From positions 21,453-85,452 of the forward strand of contig JAFOBG010000049.1 in NCBI GenBank assembly GCA_017381935.1: a stretch of 64,000 nt of DNA, written 5' to 3'. Position numbers and translations under genes: made by a program. The notes under the pieces are model-generated. The model was not told the DNA's origin, did no database searches, and was given only the letters and a program-made list of their open reading frames with translations. Positions 1-8,609 of the stretch are shown in pieces (position 1 is the stretch's first letter; every line of letters begins with the position of its first letter). The DNA is from Alistipes sp. Lineage in GTDB: Bacteria > Bacteroidota > Bacteroidia > Bacteroidales > Rikenellaceae.

Positions 1-800
1 AAGCAAACAGCAATATCATTGCCACCGGACAAGAGAATCCGGACCTATACGGCATGGGTACTACTGTTACTGCTATTATTCTCAACCAAACTTGCGCCAC
101 AATAGCATTTATTGGAGATAGTCGTATTTATCAATTGCGTGGCAAGAAAAAGGTATTCAGAACATTCGACCACTCTATGGTGTTTGAAATGGTAGCCAAT
201 GGCCTACTCACCGAAGAGCAGGCGCGTCTCTCTGCACAGTCTAACATCATACTAAAGGCGCTTGGTGTTACAGCAGAGATAGCTCCTGAGATCTACCAAT
301 TACCTTATCTTAAAGGTGATAGATTTGTGCTCTGTTCTGATGGCTTTTGGGGTGCAATGCCTGAAAAGGAGTTGTTATCCATCATTGGCAAGAGAAGAGA
401 GAAGTTAGCAGCGATTATAGAGCACACATCAAATCTTGTCGAGACCATCGGACATAATAAAGGTGGCTCCCACGACAACCTTACAGCTGCAATTATTGAC
501 GTGGAGTGCAACTCCCTAATGAAAGTAAAAATGAGCAAGACTGTTAAAATTATATTAGCCATTTTGGCTACGCTTCTAACTCTTAGCGTTGCGCTAAATA
601 TCTATTTTGCTGTAAAATCTTGCGACCTATGCCCTACTAAGGTTGTAGAAGAGGTTACTGCCGACGGCGTAGATTTAACAGATAAGGGTACTGAGGCTCA
701 GCCTACTTCTGAAGAGACTTCTGACAATCAGAAAGAGGAAAAGGCTGACAATAAAGAGCCAAATGGTGAGGGTGAAAAAAATCCTGAAATAATTAAATAA
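1..800 (+). CDS. PP2C-family Ser/Thr phosphatase, 5'-truncated by the window edge, with a C-terminal TM helix and an acidic tail
   Basis: The frame is open from nt 3 (…ANSNIIATGQENPDLYGMGTT). PP2C motifs are present: GMGTT, IGDSRIY, LCSDGFW, GGSHDNLTAAIIDV. These are followed by a hydrophobic helix (VKIILAILATLLTLSVALNIYFAV) and a tail rich in E, K and T. Confidence 0.9.
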   Translation, partial: ANSNIIATGQENPDLYGMGTTVTAIILNQTCATIAFIGDSRIYQLRGKKKVFRTFDHSMVFEMVANGLLTEEQARLSAQSNIILKALGVTAEIAPEIYQLPYLKGDRFVLCSDGFWGAMPEKELLSIIGKRREKLAAIIEHTSNLVETIGHNKGGSHDNLTAAIIDVECNSLMKVKMSKTVKIILAILATLLTLSVALNIYFAVKSCDLCPTKVVEEVTADGVDLTDKGTEAQPTSEETSDNQKEEKADNKEPNGEGEKNPEIIK

Positions 801-807
801 CAAAAAT

Positions 808-1395
808 ATGAAGAAATTTCTAACAATCGGACGTGATTCGCAATGCGATATTTGCATTGTTGACAACAGCGATGTAGTGAGCCGTCAGCATGCTATTCTT
901 GAAGTTGGTGGCGGTGGTAAGTACTACATTACCGACAAGAGTCGTAACGGAACTTATGTCAACGGAATTAAAATTGCGGCAAACGAGAGAGTTCCGGTAA
1001 CACGTAAAGATATTATCTCTCTTGCCCATGTACAAGAGCTTAATTGGGACCTTGTTCCAAAGGATAACTCTCTTACATACGCTATCGTGGCAGTTGGAGC
1101 ACTTGTTGTTTTAGCACTCGTTCTCTTCTTTACTCTCCGTCCATCTAATAGCATTAACAGCGACTTTGTTGGCGGTGCAGGTGGTGGCATACCAGAGGTA
1201 GATCAAACAGAGGAACTTGTTCCGGATGTTGTTGAAGAGCCTATAGCTCAACCAGAGGAGCAACCAGCAACTGAAGCTAAGCCTGAAGAGGTAAAACCTG
1301 AAGAGGCAAAGGCCGAGGCTAAAGCAGAGCAGGCAACAGCTAAGAAGGAGAGCAAGCCGGCTAAGAGTACCAAAGTTATCGATGCAATTTACTAA
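808..1395 (+). CDS. FHA domain protein, single-pass membrane, with an E/P/A/K-rich extracytoplasmic tail
   Basis: The N-terminal FHA signature is IGRDSQCDICI…VVSRQHAIL…DKSRNGTYVNG. The TM helix is YAIVAVGALVVLALVLFFTL. The tail is low-complexity (PEEQPATEAKPEEVKPEEAKAEAKAEQATAKKESKPAKS). Confidence 0.85.
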   Translation: MKKFLTIGRDSQCDICIVDNSDVVSRQHAILEVGGGGKYYITDKSRNGTYVNGIKIAANERVPVTRKDIISLAHVQELNWDLVPKDNSLTYAIVAVGALVVLALVLFFTLRPSNSINSDFVGGAGGGIPEVDQTEELVPDVVEEPIAQPEEQPATEAKPEEVKPEEAKAEAKAEQATAKKESKPAKSTKVIDAIY

Positions 1396-1417
1396 CCGAA
1401 ACTAAAAAATTACAAAT

Positions 1418-2863
1418 ATGAGACTTATTTCAATAGGCAGTTCAAGCCAAGCGCAGATCGTATTACACAGCCAGTATGTAAGTAGTTATCACGCTGAGAT
1501 TTTCCAGCTTGATAATGGTGATATGTTACTCGTTGATAAGGGTAGCCGCAACGGTACATTCGTAAATGGCGTTCAGATTACTCCTGAGAAGGAGGTTACT
1601 GTAACTCGTAACGACGCCATCCGTTTTGCAGACCAGAATCTTAATTGGTCAATGATCCCAGCTCTCTCTATTCCTGACAAGGAGAATATTAAGGTGCTTA
1701 AGAGCATCGGTTCTCACTATCTAAACAATATTCACCTTCAGGGCAATCAGATTAGTCGTTTCCACGCTACTGTAAAGCAGACTAAGGATGGTAAGTGGTA
1801 TATCTGCGACCATAGTTCAAACGGCACAACCGTCAATGGCGTACGCATCCCTAAGGATCAGTATGTACAGATTAAGTCTAAGGATGTTATCCAGTGTGCA
1901 GGTGTTACCATCCAGAACCCTGTAACAGGTGGTGGTAGCGGTTCACTTAAGTCAATTATTCTTGGTCTTTGCGCATGCGTAGCTGTAGCTCTTGTAGCTT
2001 GGGGCATCGCAGCTTTGGCAAGCGACTCTTGGCAGACTAAGATTTATAAGACCTACTCTCAATCTACAGTCGTTCTTGAGACTGGTTACTATCTTAAGAC
2101 CGATATTGAGTACGCAGGCACTAATCGTTGGGTTATCAATGATAAGGGTGAGTTAGAGCCATACAACGGTAAGAACCCTATGAAGAGCTGGGCTACCGGT
2201 TTCTTTATTAGCGATAATGGTATGCTTGTTACAAACCTCCATGTTGTAAAACCTTGGGAGTTTGGTGATCTTAAAGATCTGAATGAGGCTATTAAGAAGG
2301 ATGTTCTTGATGTTGCACGTAAACTCAGCATCGCTGTTGCTGCAAACGACATTAAGGCTGAGGGTGCTATTGCATACATCCTTGCAGTTCCTAACGGACA
2401 AATATTCGATAGCGCAAATGCTACAAAGATGCGTGTTGTAACATATAGCGAGAAGAAGGATGTTGACCTTGCTATCCTCCAGACAATGACTGCACAGCTC
2501 CCATTCGGTGCTACATTTATTCCTGTAAGCAATATCAGCAATGAGAATCTGCCTGTAGGTACCGACATCTTCACAATGGGCTTCCCTCACCTGTCAGCTC
2601 TTCAGGATGTACAGGCATTTGAGCGTTTCCAGGAGAAACCTCTCCAGGCAACCGGAGCTTCTGGTATTATTACAATGAATAACGACAAGTATAACTACAC
2701 TTTCGACGCTGCTTCTTACCACGGCGCAAGCGGTTCTCCTATCTTTGATAAGAAGGGTAACCTTATCGGTGTTGTTGCGCACGGCATTGCATCATCTCAG
2801 GGTTATAATGGTGGTGTAAAGGCGAAGTACATTACTCGTCTTATTCAATCAACTCAGGAATAA
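1418..2863 (+). CDS. Dual-FHA / TM / trypsin-like (S1, Trypsin_2-like) serine protease fusion
   Basis: FHA1 reads IGSSSQAQIVL…VSSYHAEI…GSRNGTFVNG. FHA2 reads IGSHYLNNIHL…ISRFHATV…HSSNGTTVNG. A GGGSGS linker and one TM helix (SIILGLCACVAVALVAWGIAALA, about nt 1949-2020) follow. The protease triad contexts are TNLHVV, DVDLAILQ and GASGSPIFDKKGNLIGVV. Confidence 0.85.
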   Translation: MRLISIGSSSQAQIVLHSQYVSSYHAEIFQLDNGDMLLVDKGSRNGTFVNGVQITPEKEVTVTRNDAIRFADQNLNWSMIPALSIPDKENIKVLKSIGSHYLNNIHLQGNQISRFHATVKQTKDGKWYICDHSSNGTTVNGVRIPKDQYVQIKSKDVIQCAGVTIQNPVTGGGSGSLKSIILGLCACVAVALVAWGIAALASDSWQTKIYKTYSQSTVVLETGYYLKTDIEYAGTNRWVINDKGELEPYNGKNPMKSWATGFFISDNGMLVTNLHVVKPWEFGDLKDLNEAIKKDVLDVARKLSIAVAANDIKAEGAIAYILAVPNGQIFDSANATKMRVVTYSEKKDVDLAILQTMTAQLPFGATFIPVSNISNENLPVGTDIFTMGFPHLSALQDVQAFERFQEKPLQATGASGIITMNNDKYNYTFDAASYHGASGSPIFDKKGNLIGVVAHGIASSQGYNGGVKAKYITRLIQSTQE

Positions 2864-2881
2864 TTATAACTACGAATTATT

Positions 2882-4381
2882 ATGGCTAAAAAGCATATAT
2901 TAATGTTTGCTGCGTCTCTGGCAATACTCTTTGCCGGAGAGGCAACAGCACAGAACATAGACCGTGTTGTTATGTCAAGCGGCTCTGAGTATGAGGGATA
3001 TATTGCAGAGCAGGTGCCAGGACAGTACATCACAATTAATAGTAATAAGGCTATTCTCTTTATAGACTCATCGTCTATTAAGAATATGGAGACTATCTCA
3101 TATCCTGTCAACCATTTGACAGAGCCTATGAAGAGTTGGGTAGCCAAGAATTTACCAGACAAGAGCGAAGTTGAGCTCGCCTCTATGCAGGCCGGCTCAA
3201 AAAGCTACAAAAACCTTCTTATTCTTGAAAAAGGTGTAAGAGTAAAGGTTCTACAACTTGCAAAAGATAGCTTTAAAGTAAATTGGAAAAATGTCGTAAA
3301 GACCAGCAAACTATCTACAGCAAACTCTAAACTTCATGAGGTTGTTACACTAAAGAATGGCAAGAGTTTGTCAGGTCATATCATTGAACAGATTATCGGT
3401 AAAGAGTTGCGTATCAAGCAGTTCAATGGCGATATCACCTCTATTGCATTTGCTGACATACTGAGCATCCGTACAGAACTCGCTCTTGAGGCCGAGAATC
3501 TTTGGGTACACGCTCCACTTTTGGATAAAGTAAAGCTTAATGACGGCACCGTTCTCGAAGGTTTTATCACTGCTCGTGTTATGGGTAGCCATCTCTACTT
3601 TATCACTCCGAAGAGCAACACTGAGCGTGAGATTAAGAGCGCAACCGTAGCAAAATATATGAAGGTTGTCAATCCTGACGCAATTATTGTTGAGGAGCCG
3701 GTTGTTGAGGAGCAGAAACCAGAGGTTGAGGAGGTTGATACTCGCAACTTCGAGTCAACTGAGCCTGAGATAGTTGAGGAGCAGACAATGACTCGTGCTG
3801 AGAAGAAGAAGGCTGCAAAGCAGGCAAAGGCTGAGGCTGAGGCAAGAGCAGAAGCTGAGGCTCAGATTAATGTTCAGCCTCAAGAGCAGGTTGAGCTTGA
3901 GCCTAAGGCGCAGTCGAAGAAGGAGTCTAAGAGCAATAAGGCTGAGGTTGAGGTAAAATCAGCGTTTGTGGTTCGTGTTAATGATATTCAAGTAACGCTT
4001 AGCGACTATCAGGAGATTGAGAAGGTTATCTCTAAATATTTCACATCTTCAAATAACACTATCGCTCTGACAACCCCAATTAAGGAGTGTGGCAAGGTTG
4101 GTCAGTCTATTCAGATTGAGATTCCTAACTCTTATGATATCTCAGATCTTAAGATTGTTCTTACCTCAGAGCGTAATCTGGGTATCCAGGTTACAGGTAG
4201 CGATAAGGATACTTGCCCAGCATTTACTCCAAAAGATGCCAATAAATCAGCTATCGGATATGGCACATCAACTTCAGGTAACAACAACATTATCACAGTT
4301 GTTCTTGAGACCCCTGGAGTATATGCGCTCTATCCTAAGACAAGCGATAATAAATATATCGCCTTTAAGATAACCGAATAA
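2882..4381 (+). CDS. Exported protein of unknown function with an internal E/A/K-rich coil
   Basis: The signal peptide is MAKKHILMFAASLAILFAGEATAQ. An N-terminal segment recurs three times (…YEGYIAEQVPGQYITI / LSGHIIEQIIGKELRIK / LEGFITARVMGSHLYFI). The charged low-complexity region covers about nt 3688-3957. I recognise no catalytic motif. Confidence 0.6.
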   Translation: MAKKHILMFAASLAILFAGEATAQNIDRVVMSSGSEYEGYIAEQVPGQYITINSNKAILFIDSSSIKNMETISYPVNHLTEPMKSWVAKNLPDKSEVELASMQAGSKSYKNLLILEKGVRVKVLQLAKDSFKVNWKNVVKTSKLSTANSKLHEVVTLKNGKSLSGHIIEQIIGKELRIKQFNGDITSIAFADILSIRTELALEAENLWVHAPLLDKVKLNDGTVLEGFITARVMGSHLYFITPKSNTEREIKSATVAKYMKVVNPDAIIVEEPVVEEQKPEVEEVDTRNFESTEPEIVEEQTMTRAEKKKAAKQAKAEAEARAEAEAQINVQPQEQVELEPKAQSKKESKSNKAEVEVKSAFVVRVNDIQVTLSDYQEIEKVISKYFTSSNNTIALTTPIKECGKVGQSIQIEIPNSYDISDLKIVLTSERNLGIQVTGSDKDTCPAFTPKDANKSAIGYGTSTSGNNNIITVVLETPGVYALYPKTSDNKYIAFKITE

Positions 4382-4397
4382 TACATTCAATCTACCT

Positions 4398-5504
4398 ATG
4401 AATATAATAAGAATTCAAGGCGATGCCGAAAAGCGAATGGGAGTTTACTACGAGTACGATCGTGATAGTGCTCCCATTGGCGAGGGCGGTATGGGTCGAA
4501 TCTTCCAGGGTTTCCGTGTTGACGAAATGTCTGGAGGATTCAGAATCCCTGTTGCAATCAAAGAGATTCATGAACATATCTCACGAGATCCTCAACTCAT
4601 TGAACGTGCAATGAGAGAGGCCTCTATTCAGATTGAACATGAGAATCTGCTCCGCATGTACGGCTTTGTGCCTAATGTAGAATACGATCCTCTCCATAAT
4701 ACCAATATCATGAGATATTATATGATTATGGAGCGTTTGGTAGGTGTCAACCTCGACCAGATTTTCAAGGGTATGATTTACGACCGTTCAAACATGCTCA
4801 TTCCACTTGCACAGGAGCTTTATCAGCTATATGCTTCTGATAGAGTGGAGTTTATCATACGAATAATGAAGGGCGTACTTGCCGGTATCATGGCTCTGCA
4901 CGAGCGCGGATATATCCACCGAGATATTGATCCAAGCAACATCATGATAACTATCGATAATAAAGTAAAGCTTATCGATTTTGGTGTTTGTAAACATATT
5001 GAGGCAATATCTGTTCAGGAGAAGTCGCTCACTCAGGCAGGTTCATTTATTGGTAAAGTAAATTATGCAGCACCTGAATTGGCTCTGGGCGATGTTTCAC
5101 ACCAAAATCGCACAACAGATATTTACGCACTCGGTATTCTGATGTATCAGCTCATGGTCGGTCGTCTGCCATTTGTTGGAACTAATCAGGAGGTTCTCAG
5201 TGCTCATGTATCAAAGAAGATGCCTCTTGGTGATATTGCAAACAAAGATTTACGCCGTATTATTGAGAAGGCTACACAAAAGAGACAAGAGAAGAGATAT
5301 GCATCTGCCGCTGAGCTGATTGTAGATCTTGAGCATATCAAGCGAACAAACTCTTCTGGAGGAAATATCTCTCACTCATCAAGCTCATTTACCGGAATAC
5401 AAGCAGAAAGTGAGAGTAGTACTGTTGTCTCTGTACTCATTTGGTTAGGTGTCATTATAGGAGGCCTGGCAACAGGTGTTCTATTAAAATTCCTATTAGG
5501 TTAA
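4398..5504 (+). CDS. Hanks-type Ser/Thr protein kinase, C-terminally tail-anchored, with no extracytoplasmic sensor domain
   Basis: Kinase motifs are the G-loop IGEGGMGRIF, VAIKEI (beta3 Lys), the catalytic loop HRDIDPSNIM, DFG (LIDFGVCK) and APE (YAAPELALG). A C-terminal TM helix (VVSVLIWLGVIIGGLATGVLLKFLLG) ends the protein. Confidence 0.9.
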   Translation: MNIIRIQGDAEKRMGVYYEYDRDSAPIGEGGMGRIFQGFRVDEMSGGFRIPVAIKEIHEHISRDPQLIERAMREASIQIEHENLLRMYGFVPNVEYDPLHNTNIMRYYMIMERLVGVNLDQIFKGMIYDRSNMLIPLAQELYQLYASDRVEFIIRIMKGVLAGIMALHERGYIHRDIDPSNIMITIDNKVKLIDFGVCKHIEAISVQEKSLTQAGSFIGKVNYAAPELALGDVSHQNRTTDIYALGILMYQLMVGRLPFVGTNQEVLSAHVSKKMPLGDIANKDLRRIIEKATQKRQEKRYASAAELIVDLEHIKRTNSSGGNISHSSSSFTGIQAESESSTVVSVLIWLGVIIGGLATGVLLKFLLG

Positions 5505-5507
5505 TAG

Positions 5508-7073
5508 ATGAAATATATTAGCAAAATCTTAGTTGTGTTGTGCCTGCTTACACCTCAAATATTGTCGGCACAAACACTATCCAATAAGGATAAGAGACAT
5601 ATCAATATGCGTCTGCTTAACCTTATTGAGCAATATGAAGGAAATGCGACAATGCATGACGATGGTGCTCGTTATGCATTCAAGCAACTATTCAAAAATC
5701 CGGCTGAGACACTTGTCTATAGCGACCTGCTTGACTACTCTGCCGGAGAGCTGATAACTGCCGATAAGTATATAGAGCAGATGGGCAGTAAAGAGAATAT
5801 ATCTATAAAGATAATGGATGTGAGCAAGTCTGACTACACATTCCAAGATGGATTGTGGCATGTAACTCTCTCATTTAACAAGTCTATTATCTATACAGAT
5901 AAAAATGGAGTTCTCTTTTCATCGCCTGAGTATTACAAGGCAAACCACTCTATCTATCTACATTGCTGCTACGACAGAAATGTTGACCGTTGTTACATAA
6001 CAAAGATTGATGGAGGCATTGAGTCTTCAACACCGCATCTTCCTAAGCATTTTACAGTCATCACCAGCACTACTGAGAACTTGGATAAGATTACAGATAA
6101 AGAGAATCCATTCCAATTCAACAGTTTCGATCAGACCTTTATTGATGATAAGTTGGTTACCTCATCGCATGAGGATACAATTATCGACAAAAAGATTATC
6201 GCTGCTAGTGATTGTTATGATTGGGTAAATATTGCCTATCACACAACTCATTGGCGTGCAAAGGTTCATGCAGGTATGTCAATCGGTTCTGCTCTCAAAG
6301 TAAAGACTGAAACTCCGCTGAATATCAACAACTCATCAGCATTTGAGTTTGGCGCCGAGATTGGCTATGCTATTCCAATGGGTCGCAAATCTACTCTCGG
6401 TATATACACCGGTGTAGGTATGTCATCTACAAAGTTAGAGTTGGGTCTGAAAGATATATCATACTCTTTCAGTACAATGGATAGCAAGGGCGTTAAGTAC
6501 ACTCGCTGCTATGAATTCTCTAAGATTACAGAGGGTGTATCATACACAGATCTTGTAGTACCATTCTATGTTGGATATGAGACAAATCTAATAAAAGGTC
6601 TATATGTTGGCCTATATGGTGGAGGTAAGCTCTATGTCAATGGACAGACTAAATATGCTCCATATCACATGACAGGTCGTGTATATGGACAATATGGCAC
6701 TCAAGAGGTTACAACAGGTAACGAGGCCTTTGAAGAGATTGACAAAGATGTAAATCAATTCTTAGCTGTCAATACCTCAATGCGTAATACTACTGATATC
6801 AGTATTACAGCAGGTGCAAGTTTGGCTTATGGATTTAAGTTGAAGGGGCAGAAGAACCGAATCATAGCATTTGCAAAATGCAGTTACGAGCTGGGACTTG
6901 CTAATATCTATGAGAATACCGGTCTGCCGCTATTCCATGAGACAACAAACAGACTTCCGATGGTCTATTCAGCCTCTCTAAATCAGAACATTGCAACTCG
7001 TTCACTATTGAGTGGACTTGCTTTCAAACGACAGATTTTATGGGTTGATTTAGGTGTAACCTTTAAATTTTAA
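5508..7073 (+). CDS. Putative outer-membrane beta-barrel protein with an N-terminal soluble domain
   Basis: The signal peptide is MKYISKILVVLCLLTPQILSAQ. The C-terminal half has alternating amphipathic strands rich in G, Y and S, and the protein ends in an aromatic residue (…VDLGVTFKF), as is typical of OM barrels. The family is not recognised. Confidence 0.5.
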   Translation: MKYISKILVVLCLLTPQILSAQTLSNKDKRHINMRLLNLIEQYEGNATMHDDGARYAFKQLFKNPAETLVYSDLLDYSAGELITADKYIEQMGSKENISIKIMDVSKSDYTFQDGLWHVTLSFNKSIIYTDKNGVLFSSPEYYKANHSIYLHCCYDRNVDRCYITKIDGGIESSTPHLPKHFTVITSTTENLDKITDKENPFQFNSFDQTFIDDKLVTSSHEDTIIDKKIIAASDCYDWVNIAYHTTHWRAKVHAGMSIGSALKVKTETPLNINNSSAFEFGAEIGYAIPMGRKSTLGIYTGVGMSSTKLELGLKDISYSFSTMDSKGVKYTRCYEFSKITEGVSYTDLVVPFYVGYETNLIKGLYVGLYGGGKLYVNGQTKYAPYHMTGRVYGQYGTQEVTTGNEAFEEIDKDVNQFLAVNTSMRNTTDISITAGASLAYGFKLKGQKNRIIAFAKCSYELGLANIYENTGLPLFHETTNRLPMVYSASLNQNIATRSLLSGLAFKRQILWVDLGVTFKF

Positions 7074-7078
7074 ACACG

Positions 7079-7954
7079 ATGCAGAATAATACACTGAAGA
7101 TCATTTTGATGATCGTTACATTTATAGCATGTGCGCTGATAGGTTATGTTATCAGCCCATTCCTCTTTAACACCTCTTCTACTATTGAGGTAAATGATGA
7201 TTTCCCTGTCGGCTCTGCTGTCAGTATGGGTGGCGGTGGCATATCATCTGATATTGAGCTTGGAGGCACAAGAAATAACAACCAACAAGTCTCCAAGCCT
7301 ACTCCTGAAGAGGTAGTAGCAGAGGCTGTTGCCGTAGTGGAGGCTGCTGCTGAGGTTGCTGCTGAGGCTGCTGCTGAGGTTGCTGCTGAGCAGCCTGCAG
7401 TTGAAGTTCCAGCACCTGCGCCAACCGAGGGTATGCCTGTAATTACAAGTACTGTAGTTCATGAGCGAGACTCAAGATATATTAAACTTGGACTTGCATT
7501 TACTGCAAAGGCTACAGCTCCAGAGGGCAATACACTTAGCTATCAGCTCTTTGAAATTGGTAGTACTGAGGCTAAATACACATCTGCCAATGGCCGTTTT
7601 AAGGAGGTACTCCCTGTTGATGGCGGTAAGTATCTGCTCAAGGTTGTCAATCAGACAACAGGCGCTACTGCTGAGAAGGAGGTTTCCGGTTTCCGTAAGA
7701 TTGACCGCTACTCAGCTGCAAAATTGCAGGAGCAACTCAATGCTGATACTCAAGAGCGTCTCTTCTACTTCCACTTCGACAAAGATAAGGTGAAGTTTGA
7801 TTGTGAGGGCCTTGAAGAGTGGGAACTCCCTAAGACTTTAGGTGCAATCTTGTCAGGTCGTGCTGCAGGTGGTTGGACAATTACCGTTGTAGGTACTCCA
7901 AAGTATGACAAATACAACCGAATTACTTATTTCAAAATTAATGTAACATACTAA
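7079..7954 (+). CDS. N-terminally anchored membrane protein with an A/E/V repeat linker and a C-terminal beta-rich domain
   Basis: The TM helix is LKIILMIVTFIACALIGYVI. The linker is EEVVAEAVAVVEAAAEVAAEAAAEVAAEQPAVEVPAPAP. The stop lies 1 nt before the next start codon. Confidence 0.6.
   Translation: MQNNTLKIILMIVTFIACALIGYVISPFLFNTSSTIEVNDDFPVGSAVSMGGGGISSDIELGGTRNNNQQVSKPTPEEVVAEAVAVVEAAAEVAAEAAAEVAAEQPAVEVPAPAPTEGMPVITSTVVHERDSRYIKLGLAFTAKATAPEGNTLSYQLFEIGSTEAKYTSANGRFKEVLPVDGGKYLLKVVNQTTGATAEKEVSGFRKIDRYSAAKLQEQLNADTQERLFYFHFDKDKVKFDCEGLEEWELPKTLGAILSGRAAGGWTITVVGTPKYDKYNRITYFKINVTY
7343..7390 (+). repeat. In-frame GCTGCTGAGG(T/C)T tandem repeat encoding the (AAEV/AAEA)n linker
   Basis: The read is gctgctgaggttgctgctgaggctgctgctgaggttgctgctgag. 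Confidence 0.8.
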
Positions 7955-7955
7955 G

Positions 7956-8585
7956 ATGAAGCGACTCTTTATAATATTGTTCGGCTTGATGATTGCCCTG
8001 CCTTCGTCTATGTATGCACAGACAAGCAATCAGGAGCTATCATTCATCTATATCGCACATGATGAGAATACCGCAGTGCAGACTCTTATCAATCGTCTTA
8101 AGGAGGTATATTATGATGCGCTGAACTATCCTGAGGATAAGGCTGCAATTTTCTATCTCCCTAATGGAGAGTTTCCGGTTGTTGTACAGGTAAATACTAT
8201 CAATGACAACAAGCAGGATTTTGGTAAGCTGGTAGATCATCTGCAGACAAAGCGTTCTCACGATGTAGATCGCCATACAGATTTGGTTACAATACAACAG
8301 ATCTTCAACGAGGTGCCTATTATAACCGAAGATGGCGAGCCTTGTTTCAGATTTGTTGATTGGAACTACTATATCAACTCCACATTCTGGAATCTTGGAA
8401 ATAATGAGTATATCATCGCCTCTCTATTCTGGATTTTCGACATGCAACCTCTTATTGAGTCTATGAAGTTAAAGGTCAACCTATATTATAGTAGCGAATA
8501 CGACGTTATTCCATTTAACTCAGAGTCTCCATTTGGAGATAAGGCATTGTGTCGCTCTATGAAGTTTATACCAATGCCATACTAA
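7956..8585 (+). CDS. Exported protein of unknown function
   Basis: The signal peptide is MKRLFIILFGLMIALPSSMYAQ. The alternating beta-alpha pattern (LSFIYIAHDENT…) is loosely reminiscent of a degenerate vWA/Rossmann-like fold, but this is speculative. Confidence 0.55.
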   Translation: MKRLFIILFGLMIALPSSMYAQTSNQELSFIYIAHDENTAVQTLINRLKEVYYDALNYPEDKAAIFYLPNGEFPVVVQVNTINDNKQDFGKLVDHLQTKRSHDVDRHTDLVTIQQIFNEVPIITEDGEPCFRFVDWNYYINSTFWNLGNNEYIIASLFWIFDMQPLIESMKLKVNLYYSSEYDVIPFNSESPFGDKALCRSMKFIPMPY

Positions 8586-8609
8586 TTACTGAAATAAATA
8601 AAACAGAAT

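Noticed and set aside
2089-2590. Track ORFs of 161 aa and 145 aa on the - strand inside the FHA-protease gene.
   Set aside because: They lie antisense and entirely within a gene with strong domain motifs. They have no motifs and odd composition, so they are shadow ORFs. The same applies to 305-562, 820-1190, 3371-3592, 9675-10088, 13620-14211 and 15151-16298 (-).
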